Assembly (NCBI GenBank): GCA_951406725.2
Contig: OX597824.1
Location: 12,090,001-12,154,000, forward strand
Origin: Octopus vulgaris
Taxonomy: Eukaryota
Direction of reading: 5' to 3'
Length of the DNA stretch: 64,000 nt
Positions 53,501 through 64,000 of this stretch are shown in pieces (position 1 is the first letter of the stretch; each line of letters starts with the position of its first letter). The notes under the pieces are model-generated. The model saw only the letters and a list, made by a program, of their open reading frames with translations. It was not told where the DNA came from and searched no databases. The translations under genes were made by a program, and so were the position numbers.

Positions 53501-56500
53501 ATAAGATTTAGGAAAATGTGTTCCCTATATTTTAACCTTTTGAGTGTGAATTTTGTGTTCACCAAATTTTTTTGGTTATATATCTTTTTATTTTTATTTT
53601 TTTTTTTTTTTCATAATGTTCTACCCTTTATAAAAAATGGATTCCATCTTAAGATTTAGTAGTAGCAACTATGAATTTGAAGAAAAAGTGGCTGCAGCAA
53701 ATGAAGAATTGCAACAAGCATAACTGTGTGGCGGACATGAATTGGATGTTGCAATTTGTGATAGTGAAACAACCTGGACATCAGTAATGAAAGTGATGAT
53801 GAATTAAAGGCAGAAAGAATGCAGTGGGGAATGAAAACTTTTAAAATATTTCTTTTCCAAATTTTTTTTCTTCCCCCTTTGAAGATACTGATCCCAGTCA
53901 GTTTACCTGAAGACTTAAAACCCACTCATTATTTTGCAAGACTAGTGGAATTAATCTTGCAATAAAAAAGTTTCTCCTTCTTTTTCCTGTAAGAGGAAAA
54001 AAAGTAAAAGGACAAACTGTGAACTCCTGCACCACTGAAAGAAAATAGTACATTATTTTTGCTATAAATACAATCATACACATTAGGAAGTTATATAATT
54101 TATTTTTATAAAATATATTTTCAAATTTACCTGGTTTTCAGTTTGTCAATTTACCTGTTTGATGAGTGACAGATTCTGCTTAATTATATATAAGTTAATC
54201 TTTTATTGTTTTGTTGTGTGTGTTTGTGTATGTATAATTTTTTAGTATTCTTTGAGCATTTTGGTATTTTACTCCAATTGAACATCCAGCTATGTGTACA
54301 ATTCTTTGAAGTGTTATACTACTGTCTTACTCCTGCTGAATATTGGCCTGTAATTCTTGATATGGTGATTATCATTTAGGCAAAGTTTAAATAATTTTAT
54401 ATTTCACTGATTATTGCGTGTATTTACCTATAATACAAGTAGATTTTGTGACAGACTTTTTGATATAGATCTATATAAGAATCTTTTAAGTTGCTCTAAA
54501 CACCACTTTGATGTATAAAATCTAAAAGGTTAAACTTGTTTTATAAAACCATGAAAAATATGTATATATATTTAATAGTTATGAGAAAACTGTCTAAAAT
54601 ACATTGCTTTATTCTAGCATATGATCTTAATTTAGAAAGATTTTGAGAGACTGAAGGTGAAACTTTTTCACATAGTTTTTAAATTAGTAAAAGTTTTACG
54701 ATTCTGAATATGAAAAATAATTGTGGTTTTAATCAATTAGAAAATTTGCTTAATCCTTTAGCATTCAGATTTATTTCTCAAATGTAATACTTATTTATCT
54801 ACATTGTTTTGAATTAATCATACACTATCTTGTACTTTTGAAATTGTGATGATGTGATTGTTTATTTGTAGAATAACATTGTAGGGTAGATGTGAGAGGC
54901 AAAATCTGGCCAGTTTGAACATAAAACGGGTAGAATGCTTTGGTCAGTTTAGATGTTAAAGGGTTAAATCTGCATAAGTTTGTATTTACTTGAACAGTAA
55001 AGCTAGTAACAGCAGAATTTTATTTGTTGAGGAGGTACAGAAATTATAATCTCTAGTAGTAGCTATGTTTTGCATGTTTATGTACCTTAACCCTTTCGTT
55101 ACTGTATTTATTTTGAGAGGCTCTGTGTTTCTTTCAATTATTTTAAATATAACAAAGAATTTAGTAAAATAACTTAGTTATCATTCAGCTAGTGTTAGGA
55201 ACATAAATTGTGACTAAGGTTTGGTGGAAGATTTTAATTCCAAACTTATGAAAACAAGACATTTGTACTCAGAGCCAGAGCCGGTTTCAGCCGGATTGGT
55301 AACGAAAGGGTTAAAGGCAGGCTGGATGCGTTTGCACATATTCTAAAGCTACAATTTGCCATGCATCCAAATTTCCTTTGAAAGCAATATGTTGATAGGG
55401 TTGTTTATACAGTTAACCTGAAAAACAGAAGTAATGGCACACAAATAATGTTGGAATTATTTAATTGTTTCTTCACCTGCTAAAACTGAGGCAGTTTTGA
55501 ATTCAGGTATTATGGAAATTATTTCGTTTCCAGCCTTTTCATTGTATTAGCCAATTTTGATTGTCTGTGTGTCTAAAAGGCAAGATGGACTGGCACACAC
55601 ATACACACTGAATTCTGATGTAGATTCATGGTAACGTGTTTTTCTTTATGACCATTGTCATATGTTCAAATTTAACCTTGTTGGTTGTTACCTTCTTTAT
55701 TTCTCAATATTTTGATTGGCTAAAATCACTGCCAGCCATACATACAGGCTTGTCCTTCGCAGGTGTTAGTGCCACATAAAATACATTTGTATTGGTTCCA
55801 TGTAAATGCACCTGAGCCAGTGGCTCTGTGCACTCTGTAACATAGTTGGTGTTAGGAAGGGCATCCAACTGTAGAAACAATGCCACACAGACACTTGGAA
55901 TCTGGACAGCTTCCTGGCTGATAGGAGCTATCCTGTCAGACCGTCCAACACATACCAGCATGGGAAATGGACGTTAAATGGTGATGGTAGATCCATTTGT
56001 TATTAAAATCTAGGGAGTGAAGGAAGTAAAATAATTTCTTTTTCTTGAAGTAGTTTACACAAATCTGAATTTAGTTAGTTGTGTCTGGGCCTTATAATGT
56101 AACACACTCACTGGTAAAATTTCCACTTATTTCTTATTTTTATTTACCTAAAGTTTTCGTTGCGTCTTGCAACCTTTTCAATAATCTTGAATTTATTTAA
56201 TATATTAAATTTATATATATGTATATTTACAAATTATTAGGCGAACTGGTGTAATGAAATCCAGTACTGGACCGACCAAGCGTCGTGAACAACAGCATAG
56301 CCAGCATCGGCATAATCCTATGCGACATAAACGAAAGCCGCCACGTGGCATGTATTTGAATGAAGATGACCTCAGGTTAATGCTCACTGGACCACTACAG
56401 CAAGCTGAACAAATTTTAAAGTCATTAGATGCAGAGCTTGTCTCTTTAAAACGACAGGTAAGACTATATATTTGTTGAGGCAGGAAATACAGCCTTTTTC

Positions 56501-59500
56501 TTTTATGTTATTATATTTTCCTTTTCAATATTAGCAACTTATAATAAAATGTTTTAATGACTTCACAAATGGAAATGGATTTGTTGTACAAATAAAATGA
56601 AATGTGCACAGTGTCATAGTGATCTTAGGCTGATGTATACTGTGGGCCTGTAGAAGAAGCCAAGTTTCTGCAGTGTTGCTAGTGTTATATATTTGAAGCT
56701 GTCATGAGAAATCAGAGATTGTTAGGTTTATCATTTGTAACTAAGAGGATTTTAATTATATGGTGCAGTGCAGGAGTTTTTATAAAATTATAAGTAACAG
56801 TAGTAAGTTCTAAAACCTGAGATGATAGCATCTAAGTGGAGCCCTAACACACATTACCACAGAGCAAGCAGCTTGAAAAAAACTTAGGATGTTCTCGAGA
56901 CATGATTGAAGGTCTTGCTAGTGTCAAGTGGTGGAAACATGGGTGTGTAATAAAACAAACTTGTGACAGGTATGGCTCTACTTTAGTCACACATTAGTAG
57001 TAATTTACAATGGTCTTCCATTGCTTTTCAGGTTTATGCATTAGGGTGATGGGACTATAATTGATAAAGAGAGAGATTGCTCTTGTAAAGAAAGGGGCAT
57101 CATCATCATATTCCGATATATGGGATGGAATCTTATGTAAATGTTAGTTTCATTAGGCTGTAAGGAACACATGGTGTTTTTGGATGATGATAAACATAAG
57201 CCACTCAGAATGTGTTGATGCCTTGTTGGATTGGCAAAGTTCTTATATTTAGTGATGCAGTATGTGTGAAGTGAGTTACAGTGGTCAGTGTATGCATGAT
57301 GTAAGCTGCAGCAACCAGTTGAATGCTCTTGTTAAGGGTTCTACTTAAACGGGAGCAAAATTTTAATTCCGATGGAGATGGGGTACATTTGCTCCCTTAT
57401 GTGGAAACTGCTGCTTGTTTTCTACTCTTGGGTCTAAAATTTACAGAAACTATTTCTGACCTTATACTATAACCGTAACAGATTAATAATGAAGTACAAA
57501 TAATTATTGTTCGGCATAATTTTCTTTTAACATGTAGGTTCAAAACAACAAACAGATCATAAGTATGCAGAAACACAAAACAAGTTCTGGAATAGATGAA
57601 TGGAGACCACCAGAAGTAAGTATTTTTTACATTTTCGTCTGGTAATAAAATTTAATTAAAAATATAACCCTCAACAGCAAGTCTAATATATGTCTTTTAG
57701 TGAGGAATACTACAAAAAGTTGATACAACCATAATGTAGGATGATGTAGATTAGCAGTTTAAATTATGTACATTTAATACATAGTTCAAATGTAGTAGGC
57801 ATGATTTGGGGTAACCTAGGTATGAAACTTCAAATATGGGTTGATATTTTGATATTTTTTACTGAAAAAATAGTTTTGCTTACTTTAGAATGTATTAATT
57901 ATGGTTTGAGGGTATTGTTAAAATTGGGAATTTTGTATTTATATCAGGCAAGTATTTTCATTTATCTGTGTGAGGCACTGTTCTGGATTACCCTTTTGCA
58001 TCATATTAGATGTTTTACTATAAAATGATTTAGTCATGTTTTGATTTAGTATTTTATTTTGTTGTAGTATAGCTTCACATTTGTACTTATTTGAGCAAAA
58101 CAATTTACTTTTACTATCAAAGGTTCCTAGATGTATTAAGTTATGGGTAACAACTTAAGTGGAGGCACCTTACATAAGCTAAAATATGTAAACAGTTTTG
58201 GTAGAAATACATTTTCGTGTTTCATCTCTCTTACATGCATCTAAGCATTCTAATCTTATTTACTTTTTCCCAACTTGTTAGACTACTCAGAGAATAAATT
58301 CTCGTTGGACTAATGATGAACTATTGCTTGCAGTGCAAGGTAAGTAGTTTGTGGCTCTTGCTCTAAGTTAGTCAATTTTTTTTTTTTTTGTGTGTAATTA
58401 GCATTGTCAGTTCAATTGAGTTAGAAAGCTAATTCCACTTTATGATAATCATTAAGGAAAAACTCTAATCTTTATTTAAAGTTTAGTAGTTGGATGTCGT
58501 CATTTAGGGATCTATGTGCAATGATGAATTTTATTGTGTGTTTTTCTCTGCAGGTGTTCGTCGTTATGGAAAGGATTTCAAGGCTATTGCTGAAGTGATT
58601 GGCAATAAACTTGAAGCACATGTGCGTAACTTTTTTATAAATTACAGACGCAGGTATAATTTAGATGAAGTCTTGGCTGAGTATGAGAGTGAACATGGAA
58701 CAGACTCAGTTAAAGAAGAAGAAGAGGAGGAAGAAGAAAAAAAAGATATTGAAAAGGTATCATTTTGGAGTTTGAGTATTCTTTGAAATAGGTCAACGTC
58801 CTGATTTAAAAAATTTGATTTTTCTTAGTGAGTTTCTCTTTGATTGCTCCCATCCAATGGCCTTTGGCCATGCTGTGGTAGTTAAAAGAAACTTCTTATT
58901 GTAAATGCTGCATTGATGTTAGAGAAAGAGAATTAGCATCTCCAGTACAGGTAACTTCATTTATTCTTTTGCTGGAGCACCTGATCATATCACCCCAGTA
59001 TTATATAGCTTTGACATTAGAAATTTTTTTTATATGAAAATAATTACTTTAAACGTAACTTATTTGTGCATTATTTCTACTGTTAATGTAACCATAACAG
59101 TTACATTTTTGACATTTTTTTCCATGAGAAACTCAATTTTTGAATTGATCTTTCACTTTTCAGATGGATGTTGATGGCAAATCTTCAACAGATGGTGCTG
59201 CGGCATCTTCATCCCCACCACCTATAAATCAGGAGTCGGTAGCTAATCTGCCAGCTTCTGGTAGTGGGAATGCTACCCCAACGGCTGCTGGCACACCGGC
59301 TCCCCCTCCCTTGCTCAAGCAGCCGCAAGTGCCTATCACGAAGGGGAATAATTCCCAAGCATCTCAACACCCGAGGTACAGGTGCATTTCAAAACGGTTT
59401 TTTCTCACTTACGAACTGTCGCGTCTGCCCCGTGGGCTTGTGAAACTCAGTGTCGTCTTTGTAACAGCATAGTTGTAGTTGTCTGAATGTGCAATTATTA

Positions 59501-60854
59501 GCAAAGACTAACTTCAATTAGTTTAATTTCTCTAATTATTTTAGACTCTGAAATCATTTTGATTAAAATATGGTTAATCTGTTTACATCTGACGTTTAAT
59601 TTCTGGCTATAAAGATGTTAAACTACTCAACCCCAAACTTCTTTTGGTTTGCTATATACTCCTTTTGTGACTATATTCCTAATGGAATACAACTACCCAT
59701 GTGTTTCCATTAATATTGAAAGATATTAAGGATTTAGGTAGATTCAGTAAATTTATGAAATCTCTTTTTATAACATGAAGTTTCAATTTCTCAAAAGAGA
59801 GGTTTTTGTTGTGAGAACCAGACGTGATCTCATGCAAGTTAGTCTCAAAAGGACTGGAGATCTGTATCAGCAATAATGGTAATAACTGGATTGTAGGTGT
59901 TAGTAGGTTTAATTACAGAGAAGTGTGGAAAAGAATCTGACTTGCAAAACTTCAAATATTTTTAATATTCTTCATTCATCACAGTAATTATGTTTATTGA
60001 TGCCTACAAACTCTCTTGGCCTAAGTCATTTTTTGGGATGGGGTGGTGGTATGAAGGAAAAAAATGCCTTTGTTGTTGTTTTTGTATATTTTCAAGTGAT
60101 TTGATATTACTTGTGTACACACGATACTGCGTGCATTTTGTAGCTTTGATATTTTAATAAAATATCATTTTGTGGAAGTTATAATAAAATGTAACATCTA
60201 TGCCATGTGTGTAATATGTATCCATATATATGCACGAGTATACAGATATTATTGCTGAGAGATTGTGGTGTTAAGTATTATTAAGTTCACCACAATTCAG
60301 AATTTACATCATCATCATCATCATCGTTTAACGTCCGTTCTCCATGCTAGCATGGGTTGGACGGTTCGACCGGGGATCTGGGAAGCCAGAAGGCTGCACC
60401 AGGCTCCAGTCTTATCTGGCAATGTTTCTACAGCTGGATGCCCTTCCTAATGCCAACCACTCTGTGAGTGTAGTGGGTGCTTTTTACGTGCCACCTGCAC
60501 AGGTGCCAGGCGAGGCTGGCAACGGCCACGGTCGGATTGGTGTATTTTATGTGCCACCGGCACAGAAGCCAGTCGAGTTTATTCTTTTAGTAATGTAGTG
60601 GTGGCTGGTTGAAGTTTAGTCAATTGTTAAGTAATATTGTCTGCTTGAAGTGTCTGGTGTCGCTTATTGTCTTTATTTGTGTCACTCTTTTGTTCAGTTT
60701 CATCAGTGTTTTTCTTTCTCTTTTTAGGTTGCTTCCTCAACCGAAGACCATACTACAGCAACCGCCGCCTCCGTTAATTCGCCCGATGTCAGGAAAACAG
60801 CCTGTCAGCACAGTGGTACCAGCTCAGATGCCAGCTGCTGGAGGAAGAGACTAA
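13039..60854 (+). CDS. RCOR: REST corepressor (CoREST; co-orthologue of RCOR1/2/3), 14 coding exons, 552 aa: join(13039..13153,13298..13357,44770..44841,49788..49840,51807..51968,52688..52812,53018..53084,53195..53304,56241..56457,57538..57615,58282..58339,58554..58756,59164..59375,60728..60854)
   Basis: Manual splicing gives one open frame of 1659 nt with GT..AG at every intron. It contains ELM2 ([13 protein letters not shown]...MLVWAP...[21 protein letters not shown]), SANT1 ([15 protein letters not shown]...[10 protein letters not shown]), the linker ([10 protein letters not shown]...LVSLKRQVQ), SANT2 ([31 protein letters not shown]) and a Pro-rich tail. This is the RCOR architecture. Confidence 0.96.
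13298..13357 (+). CDS. RCOR: CoREST exon 2 (start of ELM2: [20 protein letters not shown])
   Basis: Polypyrimidine tract + TAG acceptor; donor G|GTAAGC; ELM2 signature MRVGxEYQAxIP. Too short for the ORF track. Confidence 0.95.
16418..16809. mobile_element. Non-autonomous DNA transposon (MITE) with ~92-bp TIRs and an 8-bp TSD, Merlin-like
   Basis: 16418-16509 is the near-perfect reverse complement of 16717-16809; CATTAGTT is duplicated at 16410-16417 and 16810-16817; termini are GGC...GCC. Confidence 0.85.
17438..17882 (+). mobile_element. tRNA-derived SINE family A (head plus duplicated body); other copies at ~1905-2325 (-), 4921-5142 (-), ~15843-15945 (-), ~28896-29043 (+), ~37047-37185 (+) and ~48318-48497 (-)
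   Basis: A-box-like GAGCTGGCAGAAACGTTAG and B-box GAGTTCAAATTCC; core GCCTTTCATCCTTTCGGGGTCGATAAATTAAGTACCAG; 23-bp TSD at 17412-17434 and 17881-17903 with 1 mismatch. Confidence 0.9.
19950..20532 (+). mobile_element. Penelope-like element remnant (direct terminal repeats plus a hammerhead motif) inserted in (TA)n
   Basis: ~88-bp direct repeat at 19950-20037 and 20447-20532; hammerhead core at 20231-20294; flanked by TA microsatellites. Confidence 0.6.
20231..20294 (+). ncRNA. Type I hammerhead ribozyme motif (possibly inactivated)
   Basis: GUUGCA-CUGACGA-[stem II]-GAAA-UCAC AU GUGA-UA-UGUAAC. Stem I, the core boxes and a palindromic stem III are present. The first stem II pair is A-C instead of G-C. 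Confidence 0.65.
22393..24012 (+). mobile_element. 5'-truncated, decayed non-LTR retrotransposon (RTE-like LINE): RT remnant, PHD finger, 3'UTR and (GAT)n tail
   Basis: [22 protein letters not shown] and LLYADDL RT motifs, then FCYLG...AWAKF...MLHGSE; contains stops and frameshifts. The 3'UTR carries GGTTGGC...AAGGGCATCCAGC...AACCCATGC and ends in GATGA repeats. Confidence 0.92.
26503..27007 (+). mobile_element. Non-autonomous Helitron-like element
   Basis: A|TCTATAATAATAAAAG 5' end; hairpin CTGCAT-GGA-ATGCAG at 26981-26995; CTAG|T 3' end; no TSD, inserted at an AT site. Confidence 0.65.
27880..28184 (-). mobile_element. tRNA-derived SINE of a third family (V/Meta-SINE-like core); degenerate copy at ~18905-19110
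   Basis: The minus strand reads GGCGGCGCAATGGCCC...TTTCGATTCCC (head), CTGCGATGGACTGGCATCCCGTCCAG (core) and an A-rich tail. Confidence 0.7.
34210..35176 (-). mobile_element. Decayed, 3'-truncated mariner (Hsmar1/cecropia-like) DNA transposon
   Basis: Transposase remnant with HTH (TVRRWFQKF), KWVLH (WVPHEL motif), [11 protein letters not shown] and LLHDNAKPH, broken by stops and frameshifts. A 5' TIR-like sequence TAAAGTTGTTCTGAAAATAATGGCCG lies at about 35150-35175. Confidence 0.9.
37250..37637 (+). mobile_element. SINE family B copy
   Basis: Same head, body and tail as 5455-5858; CpGs are retained, suggesting a young copy. Confidence 0.9.
41473..41862 (+). mobile_element. SINE family B copy (older)
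   Basis: Collinear with family B; many CpG-to-TpG/CpA changes. Confidence 0.88.
41867..42256 (-). mobile_element. SINE family B copy, inverted, tail-to-tail with the previous copy
   Basis: Reverse complement of family B, ending CCACACAGCCACTCCTGCGCC. Confidence 0.9.
44770..44841 (+). CDS. RCOR: CoREST exon 3 ([24 protein letters not shown])
   Basis: AAG acceptor after a T-rich tract; donor A|GTAAGT; ELM2 motif MLVW.P; phase 1-1. Confidence 0.92.
49788..49840 (+). CDS. RCOR: CoREST exon 4 ([18 protein letters not shown])
   Basis: TGCAG acceptor; CAG|GTAATG donor; conserved [11 protein letters not shown]. Confidence 0.95.
51807..51968 (+). CDS. RCOR: CoREST exon 5 (end of ELM2 and SANT1)
   Basis: CCAG acceptor; encodes [54 protein letters not shown]; donor ATG|GTAAAT. 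Confidence 0.97.
52164..52383. mobile_element. piggyBac-type MITE family 2 (~220 bp); other copies at ~35687-35909, ~38455-38631, 40378-40831, ~47731-47945 and ~54750-54967
   Basis: TTAA|CCCTTTA...AAAGGG|TTAA termini; shared core GGCCATATC...CTCTCACACCxACCCTACA. Confidence 0.85.
52688..52812 (+). CDS. RCOR: CoREST exon 6 ([41 protein letters not shown])
   Basis: TTTCAG acceptor; AG|GTGATT donor; SANT1 helix 3 matches the RCOR consensus. Confidence 0.96.
53018..53084 (+). CDS. RCOR: CoREST exon 7 (acidic linker [23 protein letters not shown])
   Basis: TAG acceptor after a pyrimidine tract; GGG|GTATTT donor; phase 2 to 0 keeps the frame. Confidence 0.85.
53195..53304 (+). CDS. RCOR: CoREST exon 8, C4 zinc-finger-like ([37 protein letters not shown])
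   Basis: TTTCAG acceptor; CG|GTAAGT donor; phase 0 to 2 is required to join exon 7 to exon 9 in frame. Confidence 0.87.
55091..55310. mobile_element. piggyBac-type MITE family 1 (~220 bp); other copies at ~29661-29880, 40572-40803 and ~43470-43958 (interrupted)
   Basis: TTAA|CCCTTTCGTTAC...GTAACGAAAGGG|TTAA; the internal sequence is shared between copies. Confidence 0.88.
56241..56457 (+). CDS. RCOR: CoREST exon 9 ([10 protein letters not shown]...[11 protein letters not shown]...LVSLKRQ)
   Basis: TTAG acceptor; CAG|GTAAGA donor; conserved KRKPP(K/R)GMYL and the LSD1-binding helix. Confidence 0.95.
57538..57615 (+). CDS. RCOR: CoREST exon 10 ([26 protein letters not shown])
   Basis: TGTAG acceptor; GAA|GTAAGT donor; GI..(F/W)RPPE motif of RCORs. 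Confidence 0.94.
58282..58339 (+). CDS. RCOR: CoREST exon 11 ([19 protein letters not shown], start of SANT2)
   Basis: TTAG acceptor; G|GTAAGT donor; N.RWT..E.LLAVQ motif. Confidence 0.95.
58554..58756 (+). CDS. RCOR: CoREST exon 12 (SANT2 and poly-Glu)
   Basis: CTGCAG acceptor; [45 protein letters not shown]; donor AAG|GTATCA. Confidence 0.96.
59164..59375 (+). CDS. RCOR: CoREST exon 13 (Ser/Pro-rich tail)
   Basis: TTTCAG acceptor; donor AG|GTACAG, with an alternative in-phase donor 6 nt later at 59381; phase 2 matches exon 14. Confidence 0.88.
60728..60854 (+). CDS. RCOR: CoREST exon 14, last coding exon ([24 protein letters not shown]...GGRD*)
   Basis: Long pyrimidine tract + TAG acceptor; PPPLIRP as in RCOR3-type tails; TAA stop. 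Confidence 0.9.
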
Positions 60855-61749
60855 TCTTAGTATCACATTAGCCACCAATAACCTTCATTAGATAGTTCCA
60901 CTGGGTTGAACCCACCACTCACTTCATTTTGATATGTCACTTAACCTCTTCATTCAGTTCTAGTGGAGATATGAACTACGGTGTGTCCGTCAACTTTTTC
61001 ATCCCCACTCTCCTCTCGTTAAATATAACATATAGAAACAACTATTTTATTGCTCCTCTCTCTTGAATAACGTACTTCATATTGTATATCATCTTTTTTT
61101 TCCTCTTGATTCAAACTACATATCCGTACACATATATGTATCTGTATATATATATATATACACACATACACGCACACATATGTGTATGTATGATGGCATA
61201 TGTTGTTAGTTATATACTATATATTTATAGTATATACACCATCAATCTTGAACTAGCAAGATACCCAAAATCCCATAAATTCATGAAGAAACTTTATGCA
61301 ATTATTTATAAATTATTTATTTTGTACTTCCTCAGGGTCACATAATCCTGTTTGTCAGTGTTGTAACAAGCTCTAATATTGTACAAATTACCTCAGTTAT
61401 CAGCACTGATTTTGTGGAACGGCCTAAACGCATATGATGATTGCATAATTTCAGTTACCTTTTGGTGTCAGACCAGCTTTTTACTCACCAACGAGCTAAG
61501 TACAAGTGTGATTTGAGAGTATCTGGCTTGTTGGTCAGTTGTTTCAATGTTGTACAATGCAGTTCCAACTGACCAGTTTCCAGCACAATAGTTGGCAACA
61601 CAGATCTTTGTGTGGATGTTCATCTTCATTTATAATTTGAGAGAATTCAGAAAACAAAAAACCAAAAAAAAAAACCAAAAAAAAATTTTAAAAAATATCA
61701 ATGAAACCATTAATAATAACCCAAAATGAAATTAAGAAACACTGTTTAA

Positions 61750-61981
61750 AAAATAAATAAAATAAATAAATAAATAAATATATATATATATATAAAAGAA
61801 AAGCGATAAAAGTTTCTACTGTGAATACCTACCATTGTACCATGGTGGGCATAAGGAGGATTGATAATATTTTTACATGTTGTTCATATCTGTATTTGTC
61901 CAAAAAGCTTGTGGTCAGTCCAACCACACAATCCAAATAAATGATAAAATCTTTGCATTGCTTTCATTACTGTCAATAAAC
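61750..61981 (+). terminator. Candidate polyadenylation signals of the CoREST 3'UTR
   Basis: Several AATAAA hexamers about 0.9-1.1 kb after the stop codon. Some lie within an (AAAT)n tract, so the evidence is weak. Confidence 0.3.
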
Positions 61982-64000
61982 CACCCGTTCTTGAATGGTT
62001 TTAGGTTGGGTCAAGGACAAGATCGAAGACGGCCAGTTTTATTCCATTCCATTTTGTATTGATATCTGAAGATCTAATAATTTAACGTAATTTACACAGG
62101 ATTTAAATAGGCTTTTTATTTTAATTGTTTTTCTTTCTTATGTGTAAGGACTTGAGAGGGTAAATTAAAGTTTTGAATTTTTTTGTTTCATTCCCAAGGC
62201 CTTGATTTTAAATACGTAGACTAGGTTTTTATCTTTAACAATCTGGTTCTTAGTGTTAGTTTGTAAAATTTGCTGGTAGTTTCTCTTTGTTGGCCAACAC
62301 TTTCACTCTGTTTTTTTCTGTATTTACCTCAATTTAATGGCAAAATAGTTTGTTTTGTAACTTGACTCAGTTCCGTTAATCACAGCACTTTATGCATATC
62401 TTTTAGTATAAAGTATGTATTGTGGTGCACATAGAACATTGTAGAAAGGGACATAATTCGGTCGGACATGATTACACATGATACATTCCCTTTTGAAGTT
62501 TTTTCTTACACCCCAACATTTATATAACTAACTACACTACACTGTACATATATACTTGCATACATACATACATATGATCGACGGTTTTTTCAGTTTCCCC
62601 TCTACCTAATTTCGCTCAAAGGTATTTTTCAACTTGAATATATGGTAGATGTGTGCCTAGAGTGCTGCAGAGTAGGATATTGAACCAGGAACCATTGGTT
62701 GTAAAGTAAACGTCTTAATCAGGTTGCTATGCTTGTCTCTTTATGTTAGTTGTTTCATAGTTTCAGTTGCCTTTTTTTGTTTTTTTTTTGTTTTAAGTCA
62801 ACCATAACTACCTCATTGTGAGTTTGTTAATGAAATTACAGTCTTTATTCAGTCTCTTTAATGAAATATACAAATTACTTCGTGTTTGTGTTTGATTACA
62901 TATTTTTTTACTAGGCCTGAACTCTTAATCTTTAAATTTTCATTGCTTTTCTTTGCTTAGTAGATGTTGCTTGGTTTTTCAATCTCCTTGCTTTGAATAG
63001 CTGAAATTTTATTAGGTAAGAAAACTTCTCTGATTGAAATGTGTTCTTCCAACTATGAGTAAACTATTTCAGTGTTAAACATTTTACATGTTTGTATAGA
63101 CCATTGTGCTTGCTGCTGTAGTGCTTTGAACATTGGTACAGGTGGGGCAGGGGTTAATTCTGTGGTTATTATTGAATTGCTACATCTGACTAGTCATCAC
63201 TCCTCTTAGTCCATCTTCAATGGTTTTGGCTTACCTCAGTTTCCACTTTGTACATCTTTAGTACCTAACTTACCCATTTGTGTGTAGAATGATCCAATGA
63301 TCCACTAAGAGATTTCAAATACCACAGAACCTTCAGAACCATTTACTTCAAGTTGCTCAGTGGATCTTTCTGTAAATGGCTTTTGTATAACCAATTTTCA
63401 CCCTCAACCTTTGCATTCCTTCTTAGCCATCACTGGTTCACTCAGTGATTTAACCTTTGCATAGGATCTGAAGTAAGAATTCAATACAGTCGCTCATGTT
63501 GACCTAGTTGTCATATAAATTAGCATTAGTTTTAGTGTTTTAAGCCAAATTTCCTAGAATTGTGCATTGTTGGGTAATATAGAGAATGACCAAGCTGTAA
63601 TCATTCTTGAAAACTTATTTTTATAATCTGCTTAGTTGAAATTTCTGAAATATAATTTTGGATGAGGTTGATTTGAAGAGAAATAGTTCTGTAGACATGT
63701 TTGACTGTGGCTAATATTTGAGACAAATTGGGTTTAAAATGGTACTAAGTGTTGTGGTCAGTATATTTATAATAAATAATACAGAAAAAAAAATGTATTG
63801 ATTTATCTGTGGGAGAAGTAGTAATACTAGCAGGCTGATCTCTGGTTCAAAACATACACAACACTACATATACACTTACATAATTCAGACTATCACATGG
63901 TTATCTGAATATCTTTTGTTTGGAAGAGTGTCAGCATATGATTACTTTAGTTTATCACAAGATGAGTTCGAACTGTCTGCTTTTCAAGTCTTAGGCCAGC

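Noticed and set aside
56150-56185. Minus-strand TTGAAAAG-GTTGC-AAGAC-GCAAC-GAAA (similar relics at ~3650-3690 and ~52480-52515)
   Set aside because: The core deviates from CUGANGA at catalytic positions and stems I and III are not convincing; at most dead Penelope-type relics.

Overview
AT-rich animal genomic DNA, dense in SINEs, LINE remnants, MITEs and microsatellites. The repeat families and composition suggest a coleoid cephalopod (octopus-like); this is an inference. Two genes lie head-to-head. (1) A complete 14-exon REST corepressor (CoREST/RCOR) gene on the + strand, CDS 13039-60854, 1659 nt, 552 aa, with a 31.4-kb second intron. I reconstructed it by hand; all introns are GT-AG and phases are consistent. 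(2) The first coding exon of CLASRP (SFRS16) on the - strand at 4366-4467, probably with a 5' exon near 10.1-10.3 kb; the rest of that gene runs off the left edge. Almost every entry in the supplied ORF track is a microsatellite or repeat artefact. The mobile elements are a decayed RTE-type LINE with an internal PHD finger, a truncated mariner, two piggyBac-type (TTAA) MITE families, a Merlin-like MITE, a Helitron-like element, several SINE families and a Penelope-like remnant. I see no clear multi-gene novel system. The best leads are an atypical GATA-like C4 zinc finger in the CoREST linker, a 46-bp pre-miRNA-like hairpin between the two promoters, an intronic hammerhead ribozyme motif, a uORF in frame with CLASRP and separated from it by one UAG, and a cryptic short-intron (pseudo)gene between the two promoters.
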